Positions 61,318 through 64,000 of a stretch of 64,000 nucleotides of DNA are shown here, piece by piece. Numbering within the stretch: position 1 is the first letter of the stretch; each line of letters opens with the position of its first letter. Made by a program: the position numbers and the translations under genes. The DNA comes from a virus, in IMG/VR virus record IMGVR_UViG_3300045594_000099, positions 1 through 64,000 of that record; one strand, 5' to 3'. The notes under the pieces are model-generated. The model did not search any database and had not been told where the DNA came from. It worked only from the letters and a program-made list of their open reading frames with translations.

Positions 61318-62640
61318 ATGACTGAGCAAGAAAGCTCTCTTGGCCAGGACATGGTCTTCATGCCCTCTACGCTGCCAGTGTTGTCGTCTATAGACATAGA
61401 CAGCATAATGGCTCATTTCGACGATGACGTGTATGACAAGACAGCTTCAAGCCATCTAAGGCACATTGTAGAAGTAGTATGCGGTCAAGCAGGCTTTGGA
61501 CAGCTTCTTGCTGCTTCTGTAAAAGACTGGCTTAATGGTGGAGTAGAGACAGCGTGGCTTGGCTTCGTAGACCAGTTGTTCGCTTCTATATACGGGCTTC
61601 CAAGAGTCTATTCTGAAAAGACTTCGTTTGATACTGATGCAGCGCTGCTTACAGTAGATGAAGCTAATGAAGCTCTAGTCAAGGAGTCATGGTACAAAGA
61701 GCGCTTCATTGACATGATGCGTGCTATGAACGATGGCGGTACTGTCAAAGGGTTCAAAGAAGCAGTAAGGTCTGTTACATTCGATGACTGCAAGATGTAC
61801 GAGACTTGGCGATATGAGAAGCGTGATGAGACTGTAGGAAGAATGCAGTATCTTCTCAGAAACGAAGTAGTCATAGTCCCAGACAACAAAGACATAACTC
61901 CTCAGCAGAAAGACCTGCTTCTGAGAGTATTAGACAGGATCAAGCCTGCAGATGTCATCATCACTATAGACACAAATGGACTGGCATCATACAAAGAGGA
62001 CGATCTAAGAGACATATCTGCATCTTCATCATACTTCGAGATAGTCAAGACTCTGACTAATGCAGTAGACTCATCTAAGCTGCCACCGCCAGAATACTTG
62101 TTCGACGAGATAGCTTACGGCTATGATGCCAACTTCAATCTTAATCTTGGAGATCAAGCAGAAGTCAGGAAGAGCATGGAGAGCAGGACGCAAGAGTATT
62201 CTGAGTACTATGTGTACGACAAGTCCAACAACACTCAGATAAAGAACATCTCATACCAGTCTGAATACGAGTCTACGACAAAAGACGAGACTAGCTTCTC
62301 CGAGAAGACTTCATCGATACAGTGGTCTGACTGGAAGCAATTCGACAGAATAGACTCTCCTGACAACTTCCCTGGTGGCAAGTACGGAAAGACTCCATTG
62401 AGTGCTCCAGCTCTGAACAAAGACGGGTCGTCATACACTTTCCAGTACGACAGCCAGAATGAGTACGAGCTAGAGCAGTCTAAGAGCATAATAGCATCTG
62501 GAGGGCAAGTAAGCGGACATCAGTACAGAATGAAGTCGTTCTCGTCATCATCTGACATAACGTATCTTCCAGAGATGTCGCTCATGTCTGTCAACAATTC
62601 CAATGGCACTCTTTCTATGATGCCTGAGAAGAGCAAGTAG
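61318..62640 (+). CDS. Hypothetical baseplate-region structural protein
   Basis: 440-aa ORF immediately upstream of the baseplate J-like gene. Confidence 0.5.
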   Translation: MTEQESSLGQDMVFMPSTLPVLSSIDIDSIMAHFDDDVYDKTASSHLRHIVEVVCGQAGFGQLLAASVKDWLNGGVETAWLGFVDQLFASIYGLPRVYSEKTSFDTDAALLTVDEANEALVKESWYKERFIDMMRAMNDGGTVKGFKEAVRSVTFDDCKMYETWRYEKRDETVGRMQYLLRNEVVIVPDNKDITPQQKDLLLRVLDRIKPADVIITIDTNGLASYKEDDLRDISASSSYFEIVKTLTNAVDSSKLPPPEYLFDEIAYGYDANFNLNLGDQAEVRKSMESRTQEYSEYYVYDKSNNTQIKNISYQSEYESTTKDETSFSEKTSSIQWSDWKQFDRIDSPDNFPGGKYGKTPLSAPALNKDGSSYTFQYDSQNEYELEQSKSIIASGGQVSGHQYRMKSFSSSSDITYLPEMSLMSVNNSNGTLSMMPEKSK

Positions 62641-62654
62641 AAAGGAATAGCATA

Positions 62655-64000
62655 GTGAAGACTCCTGCTGAATGGTCTGACCAGCTTGTCAAAGCTCTCA
62701 ACACTATCGATCCTAACATAAGTACTGATGTTGGAGACCCGATACGAAAGATACTGGATGCCGCGGCTTCTGTAGCATCTGGTATCGACATCAATGCTCA
62801 AGTCAACATGTCATTCTTCGACATAGACTCAAAAAGCGGCGCAGATCTTGATGCTCTAGCATCATGGCTTGGCTTTGGCAGACAGAGCGGATTGAAAGCT
62901 ACAGGGCAAGTCAGATTCTATCTTGATACGCCAGCTACAGTAGAAGTAGACATACCTTCTGACTTCCAGATAACAGACGGCTCGCTGATATACAGCACTA
63001 ATGATGCAGCAATCATACCTGTAGCTCAATATGAAGTATTCGTCAATGCAACATGCACTACTCCAGGCGTTCAGGGAAATGCTAATGCTTATTCTATCAA
63101 TCAGATAGCAAGCAACTTCTACATAAAAGACCTGAAAGTCGAGAACAGATACAACTTCACTGGCGGCTATGATGTAGAGACCGATGCAGAGCTTAGAGCT
63201 AGAATACGAGCTACATTCTTAAGAAACGTAGCTGGCACTGAAGATGCTTACATGGGTACTGCTATGAATGTAGTGGGCAATAGCAGAGTCAATGTCATCG
63301 GTCCTATCGAAAGATGGGAAGAGCAGCTTGAAGTCGTCAATCTTCCGCAATCTCTAGGCGGTGGCATCGGCTTCCAGTCTATGATACCATGCTCCAAGTT
63401 CACATGGCCAAGGCAGACATATCTTGTCAAGGAGCCAGGAACAGCTAAGGAGCATGCATATGTAGAAGGCAAAGACTACTTCGTAGACACATCGTATGGC
63501 TCACAGCCAGTAGTCAAGCTGTACAAGTCATCTGCAGACTTGAATCTTGACAACATGTACGGAGCTGACCTGGATGCACTTGGCACTAAGATCGGTCTAG
63601 GCAGATTCTCTGGCTCATCTGCTACTGGAACAGTCTCATTCGGCTTCGATGTAGCTCAGAAGTCTAATTATATCCTTAAAGCAGGCACAAGACTTCAGGA
63701 CTCTAGCGGCAATGTGTATTCGACTAAGTCGGATGCTACTATCTATTCGGGAGCTATAGCATCTGCAGCAGTTCCAGTGGAGTCTGAAGACTTAGCTCCA
63801 AGATCTGTAGCATCAGGGTCTATGCTAACTTTGCCAGACAGGTCTGGCTTCAAATGCGAAGTCTCTGCTCCTATATCTGGAGGGCAGGAGATATGGACAG
63901 ACGCTGTCTACAGAGCGAAGCTGGCAGATGCTTTCAATGCTAGCGTCAATTTCAATGTCGGAGACTTCCTGTTCTTCAAGCATGAATACTGCCCTATAGA
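62655..64000 (+). CDS. Baseplate J-like protein (5' part; runs off the window)
   Basis: GTG 62655 after aaaggaatagcata; I translated the frame by hand and it is open to base 64000. GADLDALASWLGFGRQSGLKATGQVRF and GGYDVETDAELRARIRATF are typical gpJ/gp47 blocks. Not in the ORF track because it has no stop. Confidence 0.7.
   Translation, partial: MKTPAEWSDQLVKALNTIDPNISTDVGDPIRKILDAAASVASGIDINAQVNMSFFDIDSKSGADLDALASWLGFGRQSGLKATGQVRFYLDTPATVEVDIPSDFQITDGSLIYSTNDAAIIPVAQYEVFVNATCTTPGVQGNANAYSINQIASNFYIKDLKVENRYNFTGGYDVETDAELRARIRATFLRNVAGTEDAYMGTAMNVVGNSRVNVIGPIERWEEQLEVVNLPQSLGGGIGFQSMIPCSKFTWPRQTYLVKEPGTAKEHAYVEGKDYFVDTSYGSQPVVKLYKSSADLNLDNMYGADLDALGTKIGLGRFSGSSATGTVSFGFDVAQKSNYILKAGTRLQDSSGNVYSTKSDATIYSGAIASAAVPVESEDLAPRSVASGSMLTLPDRSGFKCEVSAPISGGQEIWTDAVYRAKLADAFNASVNFNVGDFLFFKHEYCPI

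Overview
This window looks like a contiguous piece of a large, AT-rich (roughly 40% GC by eye) tailed dsDNA phage genome. I saw no rRNA, CRISPR array, integrase or transposase. All convincing genes but one lie on the + strand.

Organisation: genes sit in cassettes. Each cassette is driven by a nearly identical sigma70-type promoter (GATTTTACTTTC..TGTTATATAATATAA, i.e. TTTACT-17-TATAAT), of which I count at least 18 copies. Many cassettes are closed by a roughly 100-bp near-perfect palindromic element centred on TATATATAATTATATATA (8 full and 2 degenerate copies).

Recognisable content:
- Replication and recombination: NAD-dependent ligase, SNF2 helicase, DnaE-type Pol III alpha carrying a 391-aa intein, FEN/5'-3' exonuclease, DnaQ-like exonuclease, RecA-like recombinase, DnaC-like loader, DnaB helicase, DnaG primase.
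- Nucleotide metabolism, unusually rich: divergent ThyX-like protein, dNMP kinase, dCTP deaminase, nucleoside 2-deoxyribosyltransferase-like protein, HD 5'-deoxynucleotidase, trimeric dUTPase, an all-alpha dUTPase/MazG-like protein, and dCMP deaminase.
- Five glycosyltransferase genes: one T4 beta-glucosyltransferase-like gene between helicase and primase, two tandem GT25-like genes, one soluble GT2 and one membrane GT2 synthase.
- One tRNA-Arg(UCU), next to a frameshifted free-standing homing-endonuclease gene.
- A large terminase whose ATPase half (with a 132-aa mini-intein) and nuclease half are separate genes 16 kb apart.
- An accessory region between the terminase halves, with two GC-rich foreign islands, a pentapeptide-repeat protein, a Lar-like protein and an acidic repeat protein.
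- A tail/baseplate module: tape-measure-like protein, transglycosylase, CHAP lysin, baseplate J.

Main hypothesis (inference only): the nucleotide-pool enzymes plus the DNA-glycosyltransferase-like gene form a distributed, undescribed DNA hypermodification pathway producing a glycosylated 5-hydroxymethyl-pyrimidine. No ThyA-type hydroxymethylase is present in the window.

Host: WhiB-like and DivIVA-like genes hint at an actinobacterial host.

Limits: every functional call rests on motifs read by eye. No database search was possible.
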